DNA of 64,000 nt from Stegostoma tigrinum (GCF_030684315.1 NC_081397.1:14098421-14162420), one strand, 5' to 3'. Shown: positions 13,431-28,552, numbered from the stretch's first letter. The notes: a model not told the origin generated them from the letters alone. Numbers and translations are program-made.

Positions 13431-13514
13431 GGGAGCACCACCACTGCCGCACCCCCACCCCCCACCTGCCCCTCCGCACACCCGCTACCCCACCCGCCCA
13501 CCCCCCCCGCCCCC

Positions 13515-15060
13515 TCGGCCCACGATGTTGTGCCGAACGTCTCCCCTAATCCTCATGTCTATCTAACCTCCACTCCTACCTTATGCTATCATCCATATGC
13601 CTGTCTCATAGCTGTTTAAATGCCCCGAAAGAGGCTGACTCCACTCTCCTTTCCAGAATGCATTCCACACCCCGACCACTCTCTGAGTAAAGAGCCCACC
13701 TCTGACTTCTCCCCAATATCTACCTCCACTCACTTTAACACTCTGCTCCCTCACAATAGCTACCTTCACCCGAGGAAAAAGTCTCTGGCTGTCCATTCTA
13801 TCTATACCTCTGATCATTTTGTACACCTCTATCAAGTCATCTCTCATCCTTCGTCGCTCTAAAGAGAAAAGCCCAAGGTCTCCCAACATTTCCTCATAAG
13901 ATCTTCCCTCCATTCCAGGCAACATCCTGGTAAATCTTGTCTGCACCTTTTCCAATGATTCCACATCTTTCCTGTAATGGCATGACCACAACTGGACTCA
14001 ATACTCCAGATGTGGATGAACCAGACTTTTGTATAGCTGGAGCATGACTTCATGGCTCTTGAACTCAATCCCTCTGTTAATGAAAGCTAACACAACATAC
14101 GCCTTCTAAACAACTCTATCCACCTGGCTGGTAGCTTTCAGGGAGCTGTGAACATGAACCCCAAGATCCCTCTGCTCCTCCACACTGCCAAGAAACTTTC
14201 CACTAACCCTGTATTCTGCTTTCAAGTTTGTCCTTCCAAAATGTATCATCTCACACTTTTCAAGGTTAAACTCCATTTACCAATTCTTAACCCAGCTCCG
14301 TATACCATCAATGTACTTTTGTAACCCAGAACATGATCCACCTTCGTATCGTCTGCGAACTTGCTGATGCATTCTTCCACGCCTTCAACCAAATCATTTA
14401 CAACAATCACAAATGGAAGAGAACCCAGAACAGATCCTTGTGGTACACACTCGTAATTGAACACTATATCAAATATTTTCCGTCCACTACTACCCTTTGT
14501 CATCTAAGGGTCAGCCAATTCTGAATCCAATCTGCCACATTTCCCTCTATCCCATGCCTCCTTACCCTCTGCATGAGCCTACTGTGGGGAACCTTATCAA
14601 ACGCCATACTTAAATCCATGGATACCACATCCACTGCTCTACATTCATCCACGTGTTTGGTCACCTCTTCAAAGAATTCAGTAAGGTTTGTGAAGCATGT
14701 TTTACCCCTCAGAAATCCATGCTGACTGTCCCAAATCAAACTGTGCCTTTCTAAGTGATCAGAAATCCTATCTCTCAGAGCCCTTGGCAATAATTTGCCC
14801 ACCACTGACGTTAGGCTAACTGGTCTGTAATTTCCAGGGTTATCCCGATTTCCTTTTTTGAACAAGGGATTGACGTTTGCCACTCTCCAATCTTCCAGCA
14901 CTCTACCCGTTGACAGTGAGGGCGAGGAGATCATTGCCAAGGGCCCTCCAATCTCTTCCCTCGCTTCCCACAGAATCCTTGGATAAATCCCATCAGGCCC
15001 GGGGGACTTACCTGTCTTCACCTTCCTCAAAATTCCTGGCACATCTTCCTTCCTAACATT
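13515..15060 (-). mobile_element. CR1/HER1-like LINE (RT to 3' end, disrupted)
   Basis: KSPGPDGIYPR, NYRPVSLTSVVGK, AFDKVPH, VPQGSVLG, FADDTK, LERRRMRDDLIEVYK. Confidence 0.92.
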
Positions 15061-15119
15061 GGTAGGCTAGAAGAGTTCAGACTGTTTCATACTGTTAAAA
15101 AAAAATCCTTCAGAATCCT

Positions 15120-16067
15120 CCGATCCTTCAGCCACTTCACTTCAATCAATGACCTCTGATTTTTGAACAGTTTCTCCAAGCAGGTTCCTCCTGTCCACTC
15201 TGTCTCTCCTTTTCACAGTTTTGTTTTCTATAATCATGACACCCCTCAGCCTCCTCTATTCCAAGCAATATAACCACAACCTCTGCAATCTCTCCTCGTA
15301 GCTACAATCTCCAGCCCTGGCAACATTCTGGTAAATCTCCTCTGCATTCCCTCCACAGCAATTACATCCTTCCTGTAATGTGGTGACCAGAATGCACACA
15401 ATACTCCAGTTGCAGCCTCACCATTTCCGGATACAGTTTCACAGTTATATCCCTACGTTTGTATTCCATACCACTGTCAATGAAGGGGAACATTCTACAT
15501 GCCTTGTTTACAATTCTAAATCCTTGTACTGCTACCTTTAGCGACCTGTGCACCTGCACACCAAGATCTCTCACTTCATCTACCCCTCTCAATATATTCT
15601 CAATTATTTTTGATTCCATTTACTGTTGGAGCTTCCAAAGTGCATTATCTCGCACTTATCAGAGCTGAACTCCATCTGCCACTTTCCTGCCGACTCCATG
15701 AAACTATCTGTACCATTTTGCATCTTACAATTATCCTCTGCACTACCCACTACATGGCCAAGTTTGTGTTGTCTGCAAACTTCTCAAATAAGCCCAACAC
15801 ATTCAAGTCCAAATCATCAATGTAGAAAATGGACAGCAGGGGTTCCATCACTGAGCCAAGCTGAGCACCACTTGAAACAGCTTTCTATTCACAAAGGCAG
15901 CAATCAACCACTACATTTTGTTTCCTGTTACTGAGCCATCTTTGGACACAATTCAACATATTGCCCTGTATCGCAGAGGCTCTTACTTTTTGGACCAGTC
16001 TACCATGTGGCACTTTGTCAAATACCTTACTAAAATCCATACAGATGGCATCTGATGCACTTCCCTC
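15120..16067 (-). mobile_element. Old CR1-like LINE fragment (paralogue at 36600-37797)
   Basis: MDFSKVFDKVPHGRLVQKV and RDLGVQVHRSLKV; same 5'-truncation junction CCCTCACACATTCAC as at 37792. Confidence 0.85.
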
Positions 16068-17775
16068 ACACATTCACATCACAGAAACTGACAAGGACAG
16101 ACTGATAACTAAAGTGATATATCCACATTGTAGAAACTGACAGAGACTGACTGATGAATATGTTTACATATTCACACAGAAGTAGTTAGTCACTGCCTAT
16201 TTCTGCGATATAAATATGAGCTTATTTATCAATCTGTTTATATTAGTTTCTGCCATGTGAAATTTTGAGTGCAGTTATCAGTTATCTGTCAGTTTGTGTA
16301 CTGTGCATATGAGAGTGCAGTAATTAATCTCTAGCTGTAAGCATCTGCTACTTCAAAACATGAGTATAATTATCAATCCTTACCTGTTAGGTCCTGCTAT
16401 GTGAATGCATTGAGTGCTGTGATCAATCTATTCTTGTCCTTGTGCTCTGTGAAATAGCATTTTAAATTTGTCCCTGTCAGTCTGATATGTGAATGCATAA
16501 GTGTATTTACCACTCTGTCCCTGCCAGTTTCAGGTCTGGGAATATATAAATATAGTTGTCTATTTTTATCTGTCAGTTACTTCTTTGTCAATATGTGAAT
16601 GATGTTAGCTGGAACTAACAGACAGCAATTGATATGTTAATATGTGAGTGCTGTTATGGATCTGTGCCTGTCAGGTTCTCCTCTTTGAATATGATTTCAG
16701 TTATCAATCTATGCCTATCAGTTTCTGCTCTGTCAATCTGGGAATAAAGTTATCAATATTTAATTGGCAAACACTTTTCTGTGAAAATGAATTTAGTGGT
16801 TCAAACGTACTTTTCAGATGATGTCAAATGAGCCTGGGAGTGATATTTTTATTCTGTCCATGTCAGTTTCTTCTACGTGCAGATGTCAATGTCATTATTA
16901 TTCTGCCCCTATCAGTTTCTGGTTTGTGAACGTGAGGATTTAGTTATTGATCTCTACCTGTCAGTTTCAGCTAAAAGAATGAGAGTTTCACTGCTGATTT
17001 CTGCCTGTCAGTTTCTGCTCTGTCTATGTGAGTTTAACAATCAGTCTATCCCTCTCAGACTGCTGTGTGAATATGTTTGTGTAGTTATCAATCTGTACAC
17101 TTTCAGCCTCTGCTTTGTGAATATGTTTGTGTAATTCTCAGTCTATCACTTGCAGTTTCTGTTATGTCAATATATGAGTTTAGTTATCAGTGAATACCTG
17201 TCAGTTTCTTCTGTGTGAATATGTACATGTCATTGTCAATCAGTACCTACGGCAGCAGATGAGTGTAGTTATTGGTCTATGCCTGTCAGTTTCTGCTCTG
17301 TGCATCGGTGAGTGAAGTTACCAATCTGTGCCCGATCAGTTATTTGAAACCAAGACTATTACAAACAATCATTCTGCTTTGGGAATGTGTGATTTTACCC
17401 ATCAATTTCCACCTATGAGTTTCTGGCTTTGAATAGGCAAATGCATTTATCAATGTGTAACAGTCAGTTTTTATTCTGTGAATTTGTGTGTAACAACATT
17501 ATTCTTGCTGTCAGTATCTGCAACATAAATGTGAGGCTGCATTTCCCCATCTCTCCAGTCAGTTTCTGCTGTGTGAATGGCCAAGTCAAATTATCAGTCC
17601 ATGCCTGTCAGTTTCTGTTATTTGAATGTGAATATGTGATTCATCATCAATTTTCTTTTGTGTGTTTCTGGAATGTGAATGAGTCAGTGTAGGTATCAAT
17701 CCGTATCTGTCAGTTTCTACTGTTGTGTATCAATGTGCCTTGATTCTCTTGCAACCAGTAATATTCTCTGTGAAT
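16068..17775. repeat. Degenerate ~49-bp satellite array
   Basis: Recurrent GTTATCAATCTGTACCTGTCAGTTTCTGCTCTGTGAATATGTGAGTGTA-like units at 49-nt spacing (e.g. 17183 to 17232); the first ~110 bp are inverted. Confidence 0.85.
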
Positions 17776-19790
17776 ATGCAACACATTCTGACACAGGTAA
17801 TACGGCGTTGAGACTGGATTTCAATCTCTTCGGCATTTTGAGACTTCTTAGTTCGTTATCAGTTGGCAGGATCTAGGAGGGGTCATACAAATGGGACTGA
17901 TTTCCTATGAGAACCATTCTGAATCAACAACACAATTTACAGTTTGTGTGCTGAGTGTGGGTTTTATATACCGATTGTATCATATGCTGATTCTCTGTCT
18001 CAGTACGGGATTTGTTTTTTCAGGTTTCAGTAGTATCAATGAGACATTTAGATTCATTTTTTTTTGTATTGGACATCGTTAGTGCTCTTTCTTAAAGATT
18101 TTGTTTTGCACCTGTCTGTCTATTTCTATGTTACATTTTTAAACTAATACTCTATACAACAGAATATCATTTACTTCATCACCAGGATCAGAATCAAGGT
18201 GAGGTGCAGCGTGGAAGCAGACCATTCAGCCCACTGTGGCTGCACTGGGACATTACATTCTGCATACTAGTTTCCAGTAATTGTTGGAATTGTGAACTTC
18301 TTCCACTCACTGCCAGTGTCTGTTAGTGCCAATTTGACATTATTTCTCCAGTTATCAGCCTGCGAATAGCTGCAGTGCTAGCTTCGTGATGTCGGCAACC
18401 ATCTCAGATACAGTAGATATTCACTGACTCTGTATGACTGAGGGATTAATATTACACTGACATTTGTCCGTACCATGAGGACTAATGTGATTGTGCTGTA
18501 GGGAAGGTTGACATGAACATCAAGCCCTTTGTAGAAAATTGAAACAAAAAATTCAAAGAGATACACAATGTTTCTTGCCAGACTGAAGAAAAAAAAAGAA
18601 ATATTAACTCCTGTAAGGTGAAGAAATGATAAGGGTGAGGATAGCAGTTCCTCTTCAGCCTCAATACATTCATGGAAATAGAATGCTGGCTGATTGGGAT
18701 TTTAAAAGTTGTTCATTGAAAAAAAAGGTGCAGACGCAATGGGCTGACGGGCCTTTCTCTTGTGCTGCAGAGTTCTGTAACTTGAGGGTGTTAGTGGAGA
18801 TCATTTTGAGTCTATCATTTTCTATGATTTGCAGTGAACACAAAACAATTTAGTTGTTCCACATTGTAACATACACCTTCAGTCAGTCAGAGTGTGTGTG
18901 TGTGAGAGTGAGAGGAGGAGAGAATTATTCATCAAAGGATTAATTCTGTCCTTCTCAGTCACTGATAAACTTCATATAAACATGTTTCATCCACTTTAGT
19001 AACTCTTGTTGCACGGGTTCTTCCCATTTCTGTACTTAACATCTCACTGAGGTATGGCTGTTGAAACTATGTTACAGCATGATCTATTGTTTGTCTTGAT
19101 TGTAACTTTGAAAATGCCCTTATAAAATGCAGATTTAATGCTGTTCCTGAGTGTCTATTTCGGATGACCAATCAGTCTATCCATCTTCAAAACTTGTGTC
19201 AACGTCAGTGGGCTACATACCTGCTGATTGTTAGCAGTAACTGGTCAGACTTGGCTTTGTACCGAGGAAATACAACATCATCCTGGTGCTTCAAGTATTT
19301 GCCTGGAGGAAGTCAACATACAGAAAGTCTGGCCGTATTGAACTAATCAACATAACATCAAGTTCATAATCATTGGGACGTGTGTCTGTTTTTAAAAGAA
19401 GAAAACTAGCAAATTGAACAGAACCAGAGGCTTTATTCCCTGTTCTCCAGATCTGCTCCTTTTCTGGGAATTCTCATGGTACTTTTTTTTTCCTGAAATA
19501 ATTCGAAATCAACTGAGTGAGAATCAGAAACTGAGCAACAACTGTACTTTCATACATGGGGCTATCCGAAGAAACAGGCATGCATACACAGTTCAATATC
19601 CAGCTCACAACACACTACCTGTGAAAAGGAAGAACAAAGGGCGCTATTTTAAATGTTTCAGGTGAGAAATGTAACCTGGGGACTCAAATACCTGTCCTTT
19701 TCAGGGTTATAACATGCCTCTAGTCTGTGTTTCCACTGTTCACGGCACTATGTCCATCCCAGTTTAGAGGATGAAAAGCACAAGCCTGAT

Positions 19791-20145
19791 CCCCAGCAGC
19801 AGCTTCTTGCCGCTGTGTCTCCCTCCGCAGGCCCACACACAGCCCGAGAAAGGCTTCTCTCTCCCCGCCCCCAGGCCGCTCACTCCAAGTTCCGGGACCA
19901 GTTCCTGCTCCGCTCCGCCTCTTACCAACAGCCCCCGGTTCTCCCTGAACTGAGCCCGAATCAACGCCGGTCTCGGAGCCCCCTCTGTGTCCCAGACTCA
20001 TATCTCGATGCGCTGCTGGAAGGAGCCTGCTGTTCCCTCGCTTCCCTGGGCGCTGGTCTCTCCATTGCGGCCTGTTTCAAACAAACTTCTTCCACTCACT
20101 GAGTCAATGGCAGCGCTGGGGGAGGGCCTCACGCATGCGCTCCTC
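19791..20145 (-). promoter_or_regulatory. CpG-rich promoter/first-exon-like element, copy 1
   Basis: About 97% identical to 48076-48440. NRF1-like ACGCATGCGC at 20131, TGAGTCA at 20100, minus-strand ATG in good Kozak context at 20065. Cut off at 20145 by a SINE fragment. Confidence 0.6.
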
Positions 20146-20600
20146 TGGGTTGTGTGTGACAAAGGGAAATGCAGGGTTGCAGGGAAATGGCGGTGCAATG
20201 GTTCTGGGAGGGGATGCTCTTCAGTGGGTCGGTGTGAAATTTTAGTTGGGCTGAAGTGTCTGTTTCCACATTGTAGGGATTCTATGATGATTCTATGAAG
20301 CGTGCTGCAGATTAGGCGCATAATTGTGAACTATGTGCCAATGTTTTGTTCTGCTCATGTCACCTTCCTTACTGTTTTCATATAGAATAAAAGTTAGAGC
20401 ATAATTTTGAATGCTCCTGTTTCCTCCCGCATTCCAAAGGTGTGCAAGCTAGGTGGATTGGCTATGCTAAATTGCCCGTGGTGCCCAGAGATGTTTAGGT
20501 TTGGTGGATTAGACATGAGAAATAAAGGGTAGGGGAATAGGTCTGGATAGGGTGCTCTTCAGCGGGCGATGAGGACTTGTTGAGCCAAATGGCCTGGAGC
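20146..20600 (+). mobile_element. Two HE1-like SINE fragments
   Basis: 20146-20297 is a 3' half ending TGTAGGGATTCTATGA; 20410-20600 carries the V-domain CCAAAGGTGTGCAAGCTAGGTGGATTGGC. Confidence 0.75.
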
Positions 20601-21903
20601 GGTTCAATGTGTGGCAGCATCTTCGAAGGAAAAAGGAACAAAATTAACATTCTGGGTCCAGTGACCTTTCCGCAGATTTGATGGTGGCTGGGAAAACGTC
20701 AGTTTATATGCAGATAAAAGGGGAGTGTGATGGGGTTTGGAATAAATGTTAGGATAGAGCCTAACAGAGAGAAGAACATTTGGACAGAGCAAGAATAATG
20801 CAGACATTTCAAAGAAAAAAAAATGCCAACTGTGGACATCACTGACTGGTCTGAGCATTGATTGACCCTCCTGAAATGCCCGTGAGAAGGCGGTAGTGAA
20901 CTGCCTTCCTGAACCGTTGCAATCTCTGAGCTGTAGGTTGGCCCACATTGCCATTAGTCAGGGAATTGCAGGATTTTCACGGATTGACACAGACTGAACG
21001 GCCAATATACTTCCAAGTCAGGATGGTGAGTGTCTTAGAGAAGATCTTGCAGATCGTGCAGTTCCCATGAACCTGCTGCTGCTGTCTTTCAAGATGGAAG
21101 TAGTTGTGGGTTTGGTAGGTGCTATCTAATTTTATATTTGAGAGAGTGGATGTTTGTGAATATGGTGCCAATTAAACAGGAGCAGCTTTTTCGTGGATAG
21201 TACCTTGCTTGCTGTGTGCAGTTGGAGCTGCACTAATACAGGTAATGGGGGCTACAGAGGGGAAACCTTTACATTCCTGACTTGAATGTTGGAGATTTTG
21301 GACAGGTTTGAGAAATCAGGAGGGAAGTTACTTGCTGCAGTATCCATAGCCTTGGCCCTGTTCTTGTAGCCAATGCATTTATCGGGTGAGTCCGGTTCAA
21401 TTTGTCCTTCATGGTAGCTCCCAGGATGTTGACAGTGGAGGATACAATGATGCTGAGTCCCAAGTCAAAGAATGCCTTACTGCACGACTCTGTGACACAG
21501 TTTTACACTCACACACTGATCAGACTTGATATAACCTCCATCCACCCTAACAGCAAGCTCTATCACTACAACCCCCCACTACAATCCCAAATCTCACTGG
21601 TATTGTATAGGTTAATGTGAGTGATAGTGAACAGAATTGGACATGTTGCACTGACCCTGAGAACAATCCTCTTGTATTACAGTGGGGTCATCACTATTCC
21701 TTCTCCTCTCAGAAAGTCTGTCCGGGCACACACTCACCTTGACAGTGGTTAGCTACATACCCCCCATGCTGAGAAACTGCACCATCTGTGTGTCTCTGTT
21801 TAGTGGAGAACAGCTGATCTCCGGTTGGGATTGATTTTGTACTGTTCACTGTCAGAGCAGGAGGAGCAAATACAATTGAAAACATTGGAAACGCTCACTG
21901 AAG

Positions 21904-22100
21904 TGAAGGCCAAGTTGAAAACCGAAGTTACCAAGAAAGCAGCAAAGAAATGAACCTGTCGGTGCAACATGTAACCACCTGAACCCAAAAGCTCCTGTCA
22001 GAGACACCGACATCTCTCAGGAGAGAGCTGGGCCCGGATCAAAGGATCCCTGTCCCAGTTCCGGTGGAGATACGGACATTAATTGATTTGAATAACTCAA
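21904..22100 (+). pseudogene. H1: H1 remnant: last codons, stop, decayed stem-loop and HDE; promoter and most of the CDS deleted
   Basis: GAAGGCCAAG...ACCAAGAAAGCAGCAAAGAAATGA (stop 21951-21953) and the following ~150 bp align with the 3' end of the intact H1 (53773-53970). The stem-loop has decayed to AGCTCCTGTCAGAGAC (21990-22005); HDE GAGAGAGCTG at 22021 is intact. Confidence 0.9.
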
Positions 22101-22224
22101 AACACACTTTCTCGGCTTCATTTACACCCAGCTCTTCTCACACATTCTACAAGGAATCAGTGTGAGGTTCCCCCTCTCATTTTAACTGACCATCAGTTCG
22201 GGTGCAGTTGCAGTTCATGAACAA

Positions 22225-23110
22225 AAACAAAGTTGTTGGAAAAGGTCAGGTTTGGCAGCACCTATGGAGGGAAAAAAAAGGAGTTAACGATTCAGGCCCA
22301 GTGCCCTTTCCTCAGAACTGGATGCAGAGAAATAAAGCTGAGGCCTTTGTTGAGTACAGAGCATCCAGCATCGGAGAGCAGAAGGTTAGGAGGGATGGTG
22401 AATACCTGGCAGGAGGTGAAGAGTTTGGGGGAGGGGATAGAGTCAGAGGGAAGGGAAGGAGAGGTAGGTCCCAGAGAGCCATGAGTAGTTTTGAGTTGGT
22501 GCATCTTGTGGGCCTTATTGCCTGAAAGGAAAAGAAAAAAAAAGTCCCTTGTTAGCACGACAAATGAGTCGGAGGATGAAGTGGTATCAGAGATAATGGG
22601 AACTGCAGATGCTGGAGAATCCAAGACAACAAAACGTGAGGCTGGATGAACACAGCAGGCCAAGCAGCATCCGTGCTCCTGAGATGCTGCTTGGCCTGCT
22701 GTGTTCATCCAGCCTCACATTTTGTTGTCTGTGGAGGATGAAGTGGAACTGGGGAGTGGAGCAGCCCTGAGCCAGTGTGTTACGATGCTGTTGGAGAGAG
22801 AGGTTGAGAGTATGCATGTGCCGCCACATGGCACTCAGGGTGGATCTCAGGATGTGGTGAGAGCAGCTGTCCGTGAAACGTTGAACATTATGGAGGTATA
22901 TATGCTCCTGGGAGGATTCAAAACATGAGGGATGAAACTTGAGTTGTAATCCACGTGGGGTAAGCCTGAACCAGAGGCAGTCATTGAGGAATGTGACATG
23001 GCTGTGGAAAGTGAAATGGCTGGATGAAGGGTCTCGGCCCAAAATGTCAGATTTTGAGCTCCTAAGATGCTGCTTGGCCTGCTGTGTTCATCCAGCCCCA
23101 CACTTTGTTA
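22225..23110 (-). mobile_element. Nested Penelope-like fragments (N-terminal ORF piece plus pLTR pieces)
   Basis: Minus-strand FHSHVTFLNDCLWFRLTPRGLQLKF resembles a PLE N-terminus; pLTR hairpin at 22585-22732; absent from duplicate copy 2. Confidence 0.55.
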
Positions 23111-23660
23111 TGATGGCTGTGGTAATGTCAGTTTCAGTTCCTGTCCATTTCTATTTCACATATTCAGGGAGTCAGTAACACTGGCGCAGAAACCCCGCTT
23201 CACAACACAGTCCCCAAGAAATGATTTTGTCTGATTCACCGGGAGCAATGGAAACTGACTGTCGGATTCTACAGCATCTGCAGTTCCTGCTATCTGTGAA
23301 ATGGAAGCTGACATGCTGTCTTCTGAAAGGAAGGCCAGGACATGGGCTTTTGATTGTTTCACAACTGCTTTTAAAATTGTATCAGTGATATCAGCTTTTG
23401 TGCTCCTGAGATGCTGCTTGGCCTGCTGTGTTCATCCAGCTTCACACTTTGTCATCTTGCTTTTAAAATATCCAGGTTTTATTATCTTTGAACACAAGTT
23501 TGGGTCTGCAGGTTTTCTGCCGGGCCTTGTGTTCACTGCCCTTGTGGAGAAAAGGTTTAGTTCCAGATCCAGTTGGGGGCGGCAGTAAGCTGGAGGCGGA
23601 GCTGGACATTTCTCTGCCTGTCACTCAGTTTTCTGCCAGCCTCTCACTTTCTGTCAGCTG

Positions 23661-23695
23661 TTTCTCAGTCAGGTCGGGGCAGGCGGTATAAAAAA
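23661..23695 (+). promoter_or_regulatory. H4 core promoter (H4-subtype-like element, GC box, TATA)
   Basis: TTTCTCAGTCAGGTCG resembles the vertebrate H4 element (TCA..(A/T)GGTCC). It is followed by GGGGCAGGCGG and TATAAAAAA, about 60 bp before the ATG. Confidence 0.7.
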
Positions 23696-23740
23696 GGAAG
23701 GTGAGGCAGCTCGGCTCTCAGTCGGCAGCGATTGGAGTGA

Positions 23741-24061
<321 letters not shown>

Positions 24062-24091
24062 GCAAATCGTCCCTTTTCCAGCGAACCCAAA

Positions 24092-24107
24092 GGCTCTTTT
24101 CAGAGCC
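24092..24107 (+). promoter_or_regulatory. Histone 3' stem-loop (H4)
   Basis: GGCTCTTTTCAGAGCC preceded by CCCAAA and followed by ACC. Confidence 0.97.
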
Positions 24108-24609
24108 ACCCCAACCCTCCGCCTGAGAGCGGAGACCTGAGGATGGGGAACCAGCACATAGGGCTGGTGCAGCGACTTTTAATGACGCTCCCAGGAATGA
24201 TAATTTGTTCAGTTTTGATTCTGGTAGCCGTGCCGAGGTTTTAGTGGCGTGTTCATTCCACCTGCCTGTTAGAGATGGTCAGGAAATGATTCAGAGCCCT
24301 CTCCGCGCTGACTGCAAGTTAGGTTCACAAGAAAATTTTGTGAAGCGTAAGATATAATCTTAGGCGCAGGCGCATGGGACTTTTTAATATTTTGTAAGGT
24401 CAGGCTGAAATCGGCGGGCGATTTGAAATTGACCAACTGTCATTTGAAGTTAACCAATCCAGCCTACAATAATTATTTTACTGCCTTTTCTGTCCTTCAG
24501 TGGCTGTTTCTCGGGGATTTGAGGGACGGGACTCGAACAAATCCCAGCTCTAGGGCGGGCTCTCCATCCTCTTAAATAGGCAGCGCCGCATCAAGTTCAG
24601 CATTGATAA

Positions 24610-25047
<438 letters not shown>

Positions 25048-25091
25048 ACGGAGCGTGCCCGGCCCTGTACATTCACCCCGAGAAACACAAC

Positions 25092-25107
25092 GGCTCTTTT
25101 CAGAGCC
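25092..25107 (+). promoter_or_regulatory. Histone 3' stem-loop (H3 copy 1)
   Basis: GGCTCTTTTCAGAGCC; purine-rich HDE GAGAGAGCAG at 25121. Confidence 0.97.
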
Positions 25108-25464
25108 ACTAAACTGTCCCGAGAGAGCAGCAATCGTCAGGCACTGTGGACTTCAGTTCATGTAAACGCAGAGCGTGCTATTGATGTCTCAATGCAACGG
25201 GAGTTGCAGAAACTGAATAGGTCTGTGAGATGCACGAATTCATACTACAGACGATGCAACTCGGGACAATCAGGTTTATAAATTTTCAGTAATCACAACA
25301 CATTCAAGTACTGCACTCCATATTTTATAACTTATATATTTCCAATGGAACCGCCTGTGTGCGAATTGCTTCCCGTGGCGTTTCCCCAGCTCTAACTGAA
25401 CTTGGCGGAGGAGGATGGTGGGTAACAATCGCCAAATTCAAACCCCACCACAACATACAAATGA

Positions 25465-25710
25465 CATCCCCTCCCTACCTCCCCACCTACACTCTCTCCA
25501 CCTATCTTCTTTACTCTCCATCTTCGGTCCGCCTCCCCCTCTCTCCCTATTTATTCCAGTTCCCTCCCCCCATCCCCCTCTCTGATGAAGGGTCTAGGCC
25601 CGAAACGTCAGCTTTTGTGCTCCTGCGATGCTGCTTGGCCTGCTGTGTTCATCCAGCCTCACATTTTATTAGCTTGGAATCTCCAGCATCTGCAGTTCCC
25701 ATTATCTCTG
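25465..25710 (+). mobile_element. Penelope-like pLTR fragment with hammerhead motif
   Basis: CTGATGAAGGGTCTAGGCCCGAAACGTC at 25582; TSD ATACAAATGA (25455 and 25711); empty site at ~56483 in copy 2. Confidence 0.85.
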
Positions 25711-26053
25711 ATACAAATGATTTTTGTAGTTTTGCCCAAATCTCCCACTAGTGTATTCGATCCTCTGAGGCTGGTCGGTTCTGTCTCGAATGGCCTCTTT
25801 CTGGCACCGAGCTATTCCATGTCTCTTGTTCCCTGCCACCGGATGGATGGGGATACTTTTTTGAGTCACTATTTAAAGTCGCTGTCCCGACAGCGAAACC
25901 TCCAACTTGATTCGTCCCGTTCTAGTTTTATCACTGTTAAAGCGAAAACAAAACGGACTATTTTTGCGTATTTGGAGGCCCCGGTTTGCACATAAAATCA
26001 AAATTAGTTAGCCAGCTGTGACAGTCTAGCTGCTTTTCACTGATGTTGGGAGT

Positions 26054-26069
26054 GGCTCTGAAAAGAGCC
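26054..26069 (-). promoter_or_regulatory. Histone 3' stem-loop (H2A copy 1)
   Basis: Reverse complement GGCTCTTTTCAGAGCC; downstream GAAAAGCAGCT is HDE-like. Confidence 0.97.
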
Positions 26070-26099
26070 TTTGGGTTGTCAGGTTACAGAACGGTCTCT

Positions 26100-26745
<646 letters not shown>

Positions 26746-28536
26746 ATATACCAAACAGTAAGAAGGCAAACAAAGAATAATGCTTATTTATTTGAAGTAG
26801 TTTACTTTTAGAATATACCGACATGATTCACACAATTTCAGTCATTCCCTAGCCTCCTTCCATCTGTATTTGTGATCTTGAAAGGATTGTTTCCTCGAAC
26901 TTTACAAATAAACAGAAAGAAAAAAAAACGCACGAAATCCATTCCCTGCGTAGATACTATTTTACATCAGCACCGGGCTTTTTTGATCGAATTCTACTCA
27001 TTTATTCCGTGTGTGAGTATCAGTGCTTTGGATAATATTTTTAAAATCGCCCTGCCTATAGCTGTCGGCTGCACTTCAACAATAGTTCTACGTTTGCGAT
27101 GCAAATGTTCTAGTTTCATTTCAGGTCGAAATTCTCCCGCCGACAGCAGAAAGCCTCATATCGAGTTTTCCGCAAAACCGGAGAGAACACGCGGGGAGAT
27201 CTGAAAAAAAATCCTCAGTGTGTGAACTGTTGTAAAAGACCGGCGCCAAATCATCAACCGTCTTCTTTCAGAATTTGAAAAGCCCGCCAATCTGGACAAG
27301 ACGAGGAAGACGTTTTTCACAGAATAGTGCATAAATGCTTACGATTTAATTGCCTTTTAGATTACAAATGGATGCTTCACTCCATCTCTCTTTCTCACTC
27401 CCTGACCTAATTGAATCCACCCATTTCTGATTTGAGTGGAGTTTTCCGAACAGGCAGAAACAAAATAAAACAAAGCGCCAACGTCCGCTTCTGTTTTTGT
27501 ATTTCACGTTTTAAACGCTCCCCAACATATTGATAAGGCATCAGGCAACGTTCATCCGGCTGAGCGCATTAATGGGCAGCACAGTCTTCAGACAATTTCG
27601 TAAAGTGGCCCTTATTGTGATAGATCAGGTTTCCGCTTGATCTCGGTTCATTTTGAAAGCCTCCAAGCGAAAGCAGAAAGCCCCACGTACTGCATTTTGA
27701 GAAAAGAAAATCACAAATCCCGCGTAGAAATTTAGAATTGAAATTAAACTGAAATCGCAAGATATTTCTATTCGTCGAACTCAAATAAGAGGTCATTTCA
27801 TTTTGGTTGCCACAGTTGGATTTCGGGGTTCAGAACCCACCGCGATTAGTTTGAAAAACCCTCCAGTGTACAAGAGGAGGAGGAATGAATAATTAAAATG
27901 TTCGTTTATAAGCTTAATTACATTGACGTTGCAAATGAATACTTGACACACTGTTTCTTCATCGCATCTGTCCATTTCTGCACTTGATGAGAATTTTCTG
28001 AAGTTAGGAACCAGGAAAACAACTACAAAAGCACGGCATTCTGCAACTTTTTAATTTCAATTTTTCAAGTGCACACCGAATATTGATTAAACCTTGCACA
28101 ACATCCTTTCGGATGAACGCGTTCAAACTTTAAACAACAGCTTGAAGTTGCCCTCCCCCTATTGTTCTTCATCAGACTTCAGGCACAATCGCAATTCGGC
28201 AGTTGTTCTTGTTCTTTATTATTAAAAGAAAAAAAAACAGTAGATTGTAAACTCTATTCATGGGATTAGAAGTTAATTTTGTTTCGGGGTGATCAAGTGT
28301 TAAAGAGGAACGCGAATGAAACGGAAGTTGCTAAAATATGACTCACTGGCGATAATTATGCTCGTTGCAGATACGGGGAAACGAGACAGGGTATGGCCGC
28401 AACTGAAACTAAAGGGCAGATCAGGGTCCACCCATAAACTTGTACAACGCACGTAAAGCCTAGGGACATTAATAATACATACCGAAAATATTTCGCAAAC
28501 TTAACGTGGTTCAGCCGTTTCAGAGAAGTTGTGGGT

Positions 28537-28552
28537 GGCTCTTAAAAGAGCC
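28537..28552 (-). promoter_or_regulatory. Histone 3' stem-loop (H2B copy 1)
   Basis: Reverse complement GGCTCTTTTAAGAGCC followed by ACCCA. Confidence 0.97.

Noticed and set aside
16068-17775. CRISPR-like array or zinc-finger coding repeat
   Set aside because: The units are contiguous and degenerate with no unique spacers. The 49-nt period is not a multiple of 3 and all frames contain stops.
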